Translations under genes and position numbers: made by a program | Assembly: GCA_002633005.1 (NCBI GenBank) | Contig: NMRA01000360.1 | Span: 251,065 to 315,064 of the forward strand | DNA length: 64,000 nt | Direction of reading: 5' to 3' | DNA from: Phoronis australis | Lineage: Eukaryota > Animalia > Phoronida | Part shown: in pieces, positions 1 to 12,300 of the stretch | How the letters are laid out: each line of letters opens with the position of its first letter | How positions within the stretch are numbered: position 1 is the first letter of the stretch | Notes under the pieces: model-generated | Told to the model about the DNA's origin: nothing | What the model saw: the letters and a program-made list of their open reading frames with translations, nothing else | The model's database searches: none

Positions 1-199
1 CTCCCTATAAATCCGACACTGGTGATGTCTGACAGTACAGAGTTGTCGCGGAATCTTCACTGCTGCACTGAAATCCTTCAATTCGTGAACTCTTCAAATC
101 TGTTCAGTTGCGTAATCGTGTTGATTTGTGTATAGCAACATGTCCGGTTACATCAAAGAAATCGCAAAATGGACTCGCCCAACAAGTGTCGCCATTGCA

Positions 200-207
200 T
201 GACGTCA
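200..207. promoter_or_regulatory. CRE palindrome (CREB/ATF site) in putative proximal promoter
   Basis: Perfect TGACGTCA about 100 bp upstream of the ATG, in a locally CpG-richer region. Confidence 0.5.
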
Positions 208-302
208 CGTAGCCCTTAGAGAAGTGAAGCGAGCTGGCCTCGTCAAACGGAGAGATGGACTTTTGATATTTTCACGTGTTTGTGTTCGTCTAAAATATAA
301 AA

Positions 303-316
303 ATGGGGGACGAATC
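303..316 (+). CDS. KIF28: KIF28-like coding exon 1 (MGDES)
   Basis: aaaATGGGGGACGAATC followed by gtaagt donor; phase 2 joins in frame to exon 2. Confidence 0.85.
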
Positions 317-3300
317 GTAAGTAACCTTCCTCAGTCATCGTCCAGCTGTGTGACTTTGCTATGTGTACCTTTTGTTTAAAAATGACTACGTATTTTCTTT
401 CATTTTTCAGGGTCAAAGTCGCCGTTCGTGTTCGACCGTTCAATGGCAGGTAAGCATTATATAGGCAGGCTATAGCCGAAAGCGAAGCGTAAATAATGTG
501 AATTCCCTTTCGGGCAATTTCAGGTATCATTATTTTTTCGAGTAGAGTGAAGAAATCATTGCACTCAAGTATGGCGCTGCATCATAGCAGGTTTTCCACT
601 CTAAAAAGTTAAGTTCATGGTTTGCCGACTGGAGCCGTGGCTTGGGCCGAGGCCTGTGCTTGGGTGGTCTTGCAACCTCTATTTCCGTGCACCATCAATT
701 ATGTGTCGCTTCGGCATCTCTTCCTGATTGTTACATGGGAGCCTTTGTTGTGCAACCTGCTGTACATTCGCAGTGAAGCGGAGATTCCTTGGCGTCTTTT
801 TAAAGAAATATCTTCCCCTCTTCCTGCTAACACGCAATAGGGCACTGCCTGCAGATTATGAGCCAGAATTTAATTTGTCTGATAGCTTATTTGTCCAGAA
901 TTCAACAACAGCACGATATGAATATTCATTCTGGCTGTTCATAACCAATTAACACTCTGCACACCATGCTGGTAATTTTCAGGGCAAGATATATGTGCCG
1001 CCAAAAGAACATTACACCTCAGAATAATTAAGTAAGCCATAAACTGTTGAAAGTACGGTGCTCATGCTGCTTATCTGGACAGGGCAGTTGTTTTCTGATG
1101 AGATGAATTCAGTAAATCAACCAGGCACGGACGAAAAATGTAAAAGTGCTATAAAAATGTAAAAAATCAAAAAGTACAACACATATTCAAGAGCTGGCAT
1201 TGTGCCCCATGTGACCTCAGTAGTGAAAACATCACACAAAATATTTTTATCTGAAAAAGTCTAAAAGTCTCCAAATTCTTGACTGTCCTCCAGCCTAGCA
1301 CCCAGGGCTTTCAAAAAATGAGCCCCTAAAATTCACCCCGTGGGGAGACCGAAATTAATGTCAAACAAAAATAGTGATCAATCTCCCGTGACACCCCAAA
1401 TGGTGAAACTTGATGCAAATCTATATCAGAAAATTGAAAAAATGCTCCTCCCTGCCTCAGTGGCACAACCTTATACTGTATCCATGACATCAGCTGCCCC
1501 CCTTGCCAGGTCCATGCCCCTATGGCCTTACAATTTTATTTAAAGTGCAAATGTATTCAGTTGTTAAAATTATCCAAAACCTCTCGCCCATCTCAGTGAC
1601 CACGCTGTGATCCTTGTGAAAACATGATAGTCTGCTGTCTTGACAACACAAAACACTGAGTGGTTCCTTAATATTATCTGTCTGTGCTTCTTGCATGTCC
1701 ATAAAACCTTATCTATGACATTAGATAAAGCACATATTAACATCATAAGTGCATGATATTTGCGATCTTCCTAGTAAAACGGTGATAAATGTATTGGAAG
1801 TTGACACTGAAGATTAGTGCCCTGCATGTGTATACCTTGTGACTACCGGTGCCACCTGGTGGAGGTTAATACTCAAAGTACATGTCACATTTTCTAGATG
1901 AAGTGAACATCTGCTTGTTGATGGCCTGGTCAATCTTTCTACATGAAACTTAAGTCTGTTGAGATTGCCACCATTGATTAAAGCATCTCTCTCACATTTA
2001 CGTTGGCTGAACGTACTCTGATGGGTGTAATCTAATGAATACTGAACAATGTCTCAAAAATGATGACGGAAAAATAATTTCCAACTGTTTTATACAATGT
2101 AGTATTTTGTGTGGGTGTGTGCTATATACATGAACCACACTTCAAGTGAAAATGGATTGAAATAAAGAACATCTAAAAATGAAAAATTGGATTTGTTTAA
2201 GGTAGGTACATGCAAAACTGAGTGCAGATTGTTTGAAAGTTATCTGGGTTTTTGGACGTCTTTTACATATTTAATGATTTATTTCTAAGTGTTTCTGTTG
2301 ACTTCAGAATACATGAAGGGTTCAGGGCTTGGTTGAACGGTGCCAGTGGGGACTCATTGAGTTCAGTAAATCTACTGCTTGGGCTTTCTTACGATGTTTG
2401 AGTCTCATTACTAAGTGTACGAAACATTGAATTCTCAATGTTATTGAAAATAAGTAGGGATCTTCATGCAACGTCTCTAATTTAAGGTTTTGAAAGTTCC
2501 TAATTATTGTGACTGAATTTAGTGCTTAGTTTTTATGCGCCCACATATTTATATGTGGACGCATTATGCTGTCATCTCCGTCCGTCCGTCCAGGCGGCGT
2601 CCGTCCGGCGTACGCTGCTCTATCTCCAAAACTCTTTGACATACGTTCATGAAATTTGGCACATATGTTACATTCATGAATGGGACGGCATGAGCCAAAT
2701 TTCGGACGGTTCCGAATACCGGTGTGCCCCCTTGTGGCAATTTTAGTTTTTTACACTTACCTTTGTATCTTCAAAAGTTGTGAACAGATTTTAATGAAAT
2801 TTCGTATGTAGGCACCTATTAGTGAGATGACGCTATCCTCTTGTTTTCAGATGGATTTGATGTAGTTTGCGCCACCTAGTGGTCATTTTTACTGTTTTCG
2901 AGTCTGTTTTTTGTGTCTACCCCTCTATCAACCAAACCGCTCAAAGGATGATTGTGAAAATTGGCATGTATGTGCTTACTGTAAAGAAGACTGGTGACGA
3001 TGATTTTTCGACGATTTCGACTACTGTGGCGCCTCCTAGTGGCAGTTTTGTTTTGTTTTGCGCCTATGGCTGTATCTCCTAAACCGTTTGCAGGATCTTT
3101 ACGAAATTTAATAAGTATATTTATATGGTGTTAACAACGGGCGACAACGACTTTTGGACAGATCTGATTACCGGTGTGCCCCCTAGTGGCAATTTTATTT
3201 TTTTACGTTTACCTTTGTATCTTCAGAAATCCTTAACGGATTTTCATGAAATTTAATATATAGGCACCTATTAGTGAGGTGACGCTATCCTCATGTTTTC

Positions 3301-6300
3301 GGATGGATTCAACATAGTTTGCACCACCTAATGGCCATTTTTACTGTTTTCGAGTCTGTTTTTATGCGTCCACCCCTCTATCAACCAAACGGCTCAAAGG
3401 ACGATTGTGAAAATTGGCATGTATGTGCTTACTATAAAGAGGAAGGTTGATGATGATTTTCTGACGATTTCAACCACTGCGGTGCCGCCTAGTGGCGGTT
3501 TTGTTTTTGTTGCGCCTATGGCTGTATTTCCTAAACCGTTCGCAAGATCTTGACTTAATTTAGCAAGTGTATTTATATGATGTTGACTACGGAAGATGAC
3601 AACTTTCAGACAGATCTGACTACTGCTGTGCCTCCTTGTGGCAATTTTAGTTTTTTTACATTTAACTCAGTATCTTCAAAGGTCCTCAACAGATTTTTAT
3701 AAAATTTTAAATATATGCATCTATTGGTGTGATGATGCTATCTTCCTGTTTTTGGATGGAATCGAGGTATTTAGCACCACCTAGTGGCCATTTTCACTGT
3801 TTTCAGATCTTGTTTTTGGCGTCCACCCCTGTATCAACCAAATCATTTGAAAATTGGCATATATGTTCTCAGTGTGAAGATGACCTTTGACGATGATGAC
3901 TGACTACTGTGGCACCTCCTAGTGGTAGTTTTGTTTTGCGCCCATAGTTGTATCTCCTAAACCCACTGCAGGATCTTTACTAAATTTAGTAAGTGTATTT
4001 ATATGAAGATAACAACAGACAACGACAACTTTCAGGTGGATCCAACGCACACTGTGCTCATTAGTGGCAATTTCATTTTATTCTGTTTTCCTTTGTTTCT
4101 CTGAAGTTCCTTGACAGATTTTCATGAAATATGGCATGTTCCTGTTTTTGGATGGATTGTATGATTTTGCGCCATCTAGTGGCCATTTTTATGATACAAA
4201 TAAATAATCCTAAAAGCACACCATTTGCAATGCATTCGTGGGCGCATTTCAATGCTCCGCATTACTCTTGTTAGTTATGTGATTAGAAAATGTTGTTGGT
4301 CAAAGAGGAACTCGTAATGAAGATAAAAGGACAGAAAAAATAGTACATCTGTGAGTTACAAATGAAACAAATACGCAAAGGATTTAGGGAACCTAGCTGA
4401 GTCCCTGTCTGGCACTGTTTCATGCTACCGGCACAGGTCACTCAAGTTCCATGCACTGTAAATGTGAGGGATTTCATCTGCGGCACTGTTGTTGTTTTTC
4501 AATTCAGTGAAAAATTACAGTCATTTTCTTAAAAAAACCAGTCATGTGATAATAAATGTATGGAGATAATTTTATCAAGATTCTGTGGCTTCCAAAGATT
4601 TTAGAAATATATGGTATCATGGGTTTACCAGTAATAATCAAAACGTTATTGGTAACGAAAGCGATTAGTTTGTGTACTAGGTGTATGTTAAATCAAATAT
4701 TTTTATTTGTAAACAAAACATTTTGCAAACAAAACATTTTGCAAACAAGGATTTGTTACCGCTCATCTTGAAATGTCAAACATTTTCTCTGTGAATGGGA
4801 ATTTCTTGGGTAAAAACTTAACTTATCAAAACTAAATGAATCAACTCCTCATTTTGTTAGTCATGTCATGAGTTTGTGTGTTCCATTTTGATTGATCAAT
4901 TAATCTGTTATGCTTGGCAACAGTCCTCAGCAAAAATCACTTAGTGTCTTCTTTTGTCTGTGTGAAATTAGAATTTTATCCTGGAAAATTTAGGGAAATG
5001 AAAACACAATATGAAAACATAACCTGAAACATTCAATTCAGGTTGTTAATTGCTGTGTGAAATTAGCAACGCTTGCCCTTTCAAATATTGAATTAGCCAT
5101 GTGATTTGTATACTTCAGCGGGCATTAGTTTTGCTAAGGCAAGCGTCATTTTTGTAGGTGACGTTTTGAAACGGAAAATTCATTTGTGCCATCCCATTAT
5201 TGATTTTATCATCGGTGCATTGAAGATTTATCTTGACATTCTACTGGAGTGAAAATTATTGTGCAATATTACGGAAGTGTGATTTTGAGCATACTGGAAG
5301 AATTTCTTTGCAATTTCTTAAGCTGCAATGAACAATACTTGTTGCATTACAATGTCACTGATTGATGAGAATGTCATGGCAGTCTCTGGGAATTGCAACA
5401 AATTGCAAAAATTAATATACAAATTGCCTAAATTAAGATACCCTGCCTAATGATATGGCATCACGTTGCAATGCATGACTTGGGCTTCAGAGAAATATTT
5501 AAAAGTGGTTTTATTCTTGAGCTATTCCTGTTCTTAGTAAGAGAATGTGACCATAGTAGCAAATACTTTCAGTTTCAGTTTACGTAGGATTCAGATATGC
5601 TCTGCTATATTGATTGCCAAATAGGAAGTCTTCTTTCATGTATGAAAAGAAGTTATCAAGCCATGCTTCAAATTTAACGTTGTGAATATTGTTTTGCAGA
5701 GAGAAGGAGCGAAATGCGCAACTTATTATTGAGATGCAGGGAGCCACCACGAAGATTGTTAATCCAGACCCTTCAGTACCAAGTAAGTAACTGTAGGCAA
5801 CTATCGCAAATCTCGATCTGACGAATCTGAGTCAAAGCGTGTTGTCACAAGTTCAGTTCCTGGTTCCTAGCGTGTCAGTTGTTTAGCACTACTTCACTTA
5901 GTCTCATAATTTTTGTCACCTCATCTTTTGGCTTATACATACTCTCTCTCTCACCTGTGTTTTCTTGTTATGTAATCAATAAAATACAATGGAAATCGAA
6001 ACTGTCTTTGGCTGGAAGAAAGATTTCTTGGAAATAACCCCTCTCCCCTGCTTGCATTTAGTGGACAATAGCTCCATATGGATTAATTCCTGCTGACATT
6101 GTTGAAAACGTTGGCAATAAAATAAAATGTTGCACTGTTTAATGGCATAGTTAAGTTTCAAAGGAACATAAAATGATTTTATAGCTACTTGAGGAAGTAC
6201 TTGTAAGTGCCTTAATGCTGCCCATTTCTCAGACTTATAATTCAGTTGTGGAAGTCTGCTTTAACGCGTCATGTTTTTAATTACATGCTGTTGAGTGAAA

Positions 6301-9300
6301 AAGCTGTTGTTTGGATCTGTGGTTTTTGAAAATTGATGTGGCATTTTTTTCTTTAGATCATTATTCTCAAAAAATCCACCCGATATCAGCAAACGTGGTT
6401 ATTTATTATAATCGCAAACTAATGGTACACTGATACCATTGCCTGTGTTGGTGTTGCCTGTGAGGGTGCGCTGGTGCATGTGAGGCAGTGGTTATATCCT
6501 ATTTTTAGTCAGTGGAGACTAATAAAGAGGACTTAACAAGCCATGTCATCCGAAAATGTTTAATGTCACTTTTGATAAGAAAGATTGAGAAATTGGATAA
6601 AAACGATGGGGGTGTGCTCTTTTTAGCAGTGAGGCTCCAAAATGAGTCTGAAGTGCAGACAAGAACCGACTATGCTTTTTGGCTTAATAAAAACATCCAT
6701 TCCCATCACCACCTGTCGTCCCTCCCTGCTGTTGTTTTGCCCTCCTGTTTGCAACCCACTCATCCAATGTTTTTAGATGATGTAACGTAAATTGCCAGCT
6801 TACTGGTAAACCTGCACCTAGTACCTTTTCTCTGTTGAGTCAGTTTTTTTCGTTTACAAGAACGTTATTTCCCTGCAATAATTTCCTTGGTTGAAAAACA
6901 GCTCTATGATAGGTCCCTGAGTTGGGAAGCAGGTGATAGTAACTCAGGTATGATTGGCCTGATAAAATGCACCGATTCCTCTGCTGCTTTTTATCACCTC
7001 ATTCTAATTGACTTAAGCAATAAAAAGATTGGCTTGTACAGGTTGATTGCTGGTGATAATTTTTGCTATTTTTGGATAAAGATAGGTAGTTAGCTCATAA
7101 CTAACTGATAAGATTGTAATATGTGCGCTTCAAGTCTTTCCTAATTATTCTAATGTATAGCTGGAACTAAACGACAACGCTATTTAACATAATCTACACT
7201 AAACAAAGTGTAGTAGTATTCACTGACAACTTGTAAATGTGAAAACAAAAAATTCAGCAGATAGCTTACCTTTGTACTAATGACGTACCACGTGGTCTCA
7301 CATATAGCCCACATCATACAGTGTTAGTACCCAGCGCCACATCACGATACTTACTGGACCCGTTTCTGTGATTTGTGGCCGATCATTTTAGCCACAAAAC
7401 TCATTCTTGTAAACATTTGGCAATTTTCAACCTACTTCATATTCACATCGTTGCTGTATGTTGTGTTTCTAACTAATTTGGCCAAGCAATCGCAGAAATA
7501 AGGAATTAGCGTGCAACTTCCACTTTAATATTGAAACCAATTAAAAGCCGACATCTTGCTTCTGATAGCCGTTCTGGGCTTCTACAAGCCTTTGCAAACC
7601 TGCCTACAAACATCTTCCCCTCTCGTGCTTCAAAACTAGAGGCCTGTTCCCACCAATTTAACTTTGGTAACAAAGGAGTGCAGCTTAAACTTGAGCTTTC
7701 AAACAAGCGTACGGTAAAAATTCTCCATTTTGGGACCGTCTCTAAAATTTGGGACACTGAAATCCCCAAATTTGAATTTTCGTTTGTCGTTGTTTGTTAT
7801 TCTTGAATTTGGGATATTGGTATTGCCTATTTCTAAAATTTGGAACAAGAATGTTAAACATTTGAACAAAATATTATCTGATAAGAACGCAACGTGTGTC
7901 ATTCATTGACAGTGACACCTGTTGATAAATCTGATGACATTGAAGTTGAGCTTTCATACTGTATAGAAGCATCAATGCTCCTCTGTTAAATCCACCTATA
8001 TACTGCAAAGTGGTGATTTTAAGACTCTGTATGAAAGGGTTGTGTTTATGGAATTACAGTAAAAATTCTACACTTCGGGACAGTCTATAGAATTGAGGAC
8101 ATGCAAACTCCACCAATAATTTAATTTTCTTGATTCTGGAATGAGGGACCAGGCCACTTTGGCATTCGCCATAATTTCTCAAATTTCGGTCAATGTGTTT
8201 TCAGTCTACTGAGTGGGTTATGCTGATGCCTATCCAATATTTCTTGGATTTGCGGTGGCCAAAATTACCTATTTGTACAATTTGGGACAACCTCTGACAT
8301 TGAGCAAAATAACAGATTGAGAACAATTGCTGATAACATATATTTACATATAGATATTGTCCAACGTTTTGATGGCAAATCTGTCCATAATAAAGGAAAT
8401 AGAAAACCCACAAAGAGCTACAACTGATCAAAAACAACCGAAAACAGACTGACAACAGTAGCAGCAACAAATACACAAGTGATCCTAACTATCCTCTAAA
8501 GATGAGCTCAGTCAAGCCCTGAGGTTGCCATTAGTGACACCCTAGCATTCAGCTCAACAATCCAAGACTTTCTTTGATGGTCAATCTAATTCAGGGCTAT
8601 TAAGAATAGTAGGATTTGTATAGTCTATTACATACTCTAATACCATAGAGTGATTACAGAGGGCACTGCTGTCACTTTTAGAATGCTCCTTTGCTCTTTG
8701 ACCTAATCTAGTTGTCATGCCAACTTAGAACTGACCACTAGGCAACTGACCTATCGCCAGGATTTTGAGTGACAGCTTAAGCGATCAATCAGAACGCATC
8801 ATTCTTGACACACCTTCGTTTCGAAGCTGCCGTTTTACCTGACAAACAACAAGTTGTCGGTAAAATTTATTTATTTGTCGGGTGTCGCATGACTTTTCGC
8901 AAGAGCCTCGATAGGTCAATTGAACCTGTATACATATGCGTTGTTTTGCAATGAATCAGTTGAAATGCATTCATCTGAACGCTCTAGATAAGGTGTGAGT
9001 AATCCACATATCACTCTCACTGAGTACTCGTCCAGAAGCTCTCATTTACCCTATCTGATATTTGTTTGCCTTATGGTTTGTGAACACCGCGTCAATAAAA
9101 TTGCATTAATTATAAACGATTAGTCTTTGGATTATTGACGATACAGTTCCTCATTAGTAGGAATAGATTACAGTCACTGTACTGACAATGAAGAGTTCAT
9201 GGGTAGCACTTTAATTTCAATGAACCACCATAGGGGTTGGCTCCCTACAAAAGAGCAGTGTTTTGGAACAAACCTGTACGAAAGGGTGTCCTTAGAAATG

Positions 9301-12300
9301 AGTCCTTTTTCGAGTCCTCTCTAAGTCCTAATGTATAGATGATGCACTCTGTGAGATTTGCGTGATTTCGCAAGCTTCTGGCCATCGGGAACACCCAACT
9401 TGTCTGGACATTTCTTTTCGGCAAATGATTCCCCATTGTCCGGTACATGTTCTGAGATGCCCTTCTTCATATTTTGCTATCCATGTAATTTTTTATGTCC
9501 CAATGATTGACATTGTCTGGCCATCATTTCATTATCCTTTACACATGAGTTGCTTCAATTCATGCCTCTTACTTTTTCTCTTTTCAGATGACAAAAAAGA
9601 GGTAAGCGTTTTTGTTTTACTTCATTTTCAACACATTTTGTACTCCGTAGTGTATGATTTTATTCTATGTGTGTTACTACTCAAGATTCTTTTTAAGGTT
9701 AGAAATGAATTGCCAACTCGTTTTAGGAGTCTTGTCTCAAGGGTGGTATTGTTGCGTTTTCAGTCTTGTGAGAAATTTGAGTACTAATTTTGTAGCCACT
9801 GCTTTGCCTGACAACAGGTCAGAAACTGTTTTGCTGTATGCGCTCTTTATGAAGCCAAACTAACTGTATTACATTCACATTGGCGTGAGTTCATCATTGT
9901 GTTTTGTCTTAGGCACCCATGCTTCCAGCTGTCAACTAACCCATGTATTGTTCCAAATGTTGGCCCCTCAGATTTTTTGTTCAGACTGAAAACTACTGGG
10001 TTTCTTCCAGTGGTTTTTAAAACTTAAGTTGTTGTGTCGGACTTCCATCACTTGGTGTGATAATTATACCCCACCTGGTGTGATAGTTATACCCCGCCGT
10101 TCTGTTTGGTTGACTTGAGCTTATCGTCTAGACAAAATTTTATATGCCTCAATCAAACTTAATATGTCAAACTTAAGGATAATGGTGCACTCATTTCATG
10201 GATATTTGACTGCGTTTTTTCTTGGGAAGTGAGAAATCTACATTAAGGTTTTAACGCTACATTAAATTAAGTTCCCTTTTATTATTGTATCTTGCGGAAG
10301 TTGCTTTGTATGGAGTTTCACACAGGCAGTCAGCGTCACTAGTACTTTTGGTTACCCTGCATCCTTTGCTAAACAGTAGATAATAGGGCATGATAATGAT
10401 TTTACTTTACTCTGTATTGGAAGCATTGCAGTCATTTTAATAGTTCTGGATTAAACTTTAAGGCTCCTCGAAGCATCACAGTTGTTTTATAGTTCTGGAT
10501 TAAACATTTAGACTCCTTGAAGCATCGCAGTCATTTTAGTAGTTCTGAATTAATGTTAAGCTCCTCTAAGTCCTGAGCTATAAGAAGTCTGGGGACCCTG
10601 GTAATTTGAGTTGCCCCCTTTCCCAATTGCTGCAATTTTCGAGCTATCCTTCACTGTCGCCAGGATTTTCTACCATCATGGTCCCCTTACTATATTACTT
10701 TACAAGGATTGGCCTCTGTACCAGTGTACTAGGCAGGGCCTTAAGTTAGCTCAATGAATTATTCACCACTGCACTTCTATTTTTTGAAAACTCTGATTTG
10801 TGAAGTGACAAAGCTATCCAATTTTGAGCAGCAGTTTCCGGTTTTGTTTTCATTTTAGTCAGTGCATTTAATATACGGTAACATCGCAAGTGACGTTCTG
10901 TTGTCCTGACTTGTTGTTTCACTTTCAACCACTTGTTTCTGGGTATTTTGTTTCATGACATAAGCTGAATGATCTTGGATGCATTAGGGGAATTCTTCGG
11001 ATGTTTCGCACAAAGAAAATTATATATATTTCACTGATATTTGGTGCTGTGCCAAATAAACTGATACCGACTTAGTAGTTGACCAGTGTGTGAAGTTTAC
11101 TAACTAACCAGACGGCACCAACTGTCCCTGTGTGAATGACATGTGACCTACTGGTTGCCAAAGTGATCCAATTAGTAACAGTTAACTTACTTTTCTTGTT
11201 TCAATACTTAACCCCATCATTATTTTGAGCCTATGACTGAGTGATACTGACAACCATCAGGCTCATCTTTTCACATTTAAACAACAGTATGACATATCCT
11301 AGTATACGGTATAAATGGATGAATTCAGTCATGACTATGTTCAGACCTTATTAACACAGTTAAAAAGGTGCCTATTACTAGAATTAATGATAGGGCTTGC
11401 CGCTTGGCTAGACATTTTCCATGGAATTCTAAAATTGGTGTAAGTGTATGTAAATTTATTTTAATTTATGTAAATTTACTTACGTGTAAGAATTACCTGT
11501 TGAAAAATTATGAATCAAAATTGTCAATAAAGAAATTGCATAATAATTCCGCTTACAAGTAATCTGCAATTTTTTATTCTACAGTAATGCCCTGTTCTCA
11601 CCAATGCAGTTATCCTTTAAAACCGATTTAACAATATCTCAAACCGTATTGACATAAATTGCCTGTTTTTAAAATATTTCACACAACCACCTTCAACGGA
11701 TTGGAAATTTGTTTACTACTCATCCGAGGTCAAAGGTTACAGGGCTGTCACTCTAATTGAATCTCCCAGTGCCAGGCATAGAGCAGTTCCGGATGTATCC
11801 TCAGTCCTTTCATTCACGGAGTCACCGTAATACTGAGTCAACGATGTGTACATTGCATAGAAAGATGTCGCGGAAAATGAAGACAAAATGGAGTTTTTAT
11901 TCAGAGGGAGTTGTGCGTCTGCATGCATACAACAGTTGAGAACGAATGCACCAAGTCTGAGTCGCTGAACTGTCTGTGACTTAGTGTTCACTAACTCAGC
12001 AAGTTGTTAAAAAAGATAAATCCTCCATGAATTCATGAATGTGATAGGTAATTTGACATTTCGTTGTTTCGATTTCGTGTTCACGGTGCGCTTTAATCAC
12101 CGACTATATTTCTATTGACCATTCCGTACTTGGTTTCTTGATATCCTCCCCGGTGCATGATGTGAATACAATAAATTGTTGGCCTACTTACTGTTGGCTC
12201 CACCTTCTGACCTGTCAACACGTGGTGTATGAAACCACACATACAAAATTAAAATGTTTTAGTGATAATTAAGTTAGTTACGCACTGCAAATTCAGTTGA

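Noticed and set aside
126-139. Possible RFX X-box, attractive because KLP-6 is a ciliary kinesin
   Set aside because: Only the TAGCAAC half-site matches
1-200. Possible first exon of a divergent minus-strand gene
   Set aside because: Every minus-strand ATG I checked reaches a stop within about 16 codons, with no convincing donor
2700-4190. CRISPR-like appearance of regularly spaced conserved motifs
   Set aside because: Eukaryotic intron; the spacers are homologous to one another; no cas genes; explained by transposon-internal tandem repeats
9362-9787. Longest ORF in the supplied track (141 aa)
   Set aside because: Hydrophobic intron-like composition; only the 14-nt DKKE microexon inside it is credible
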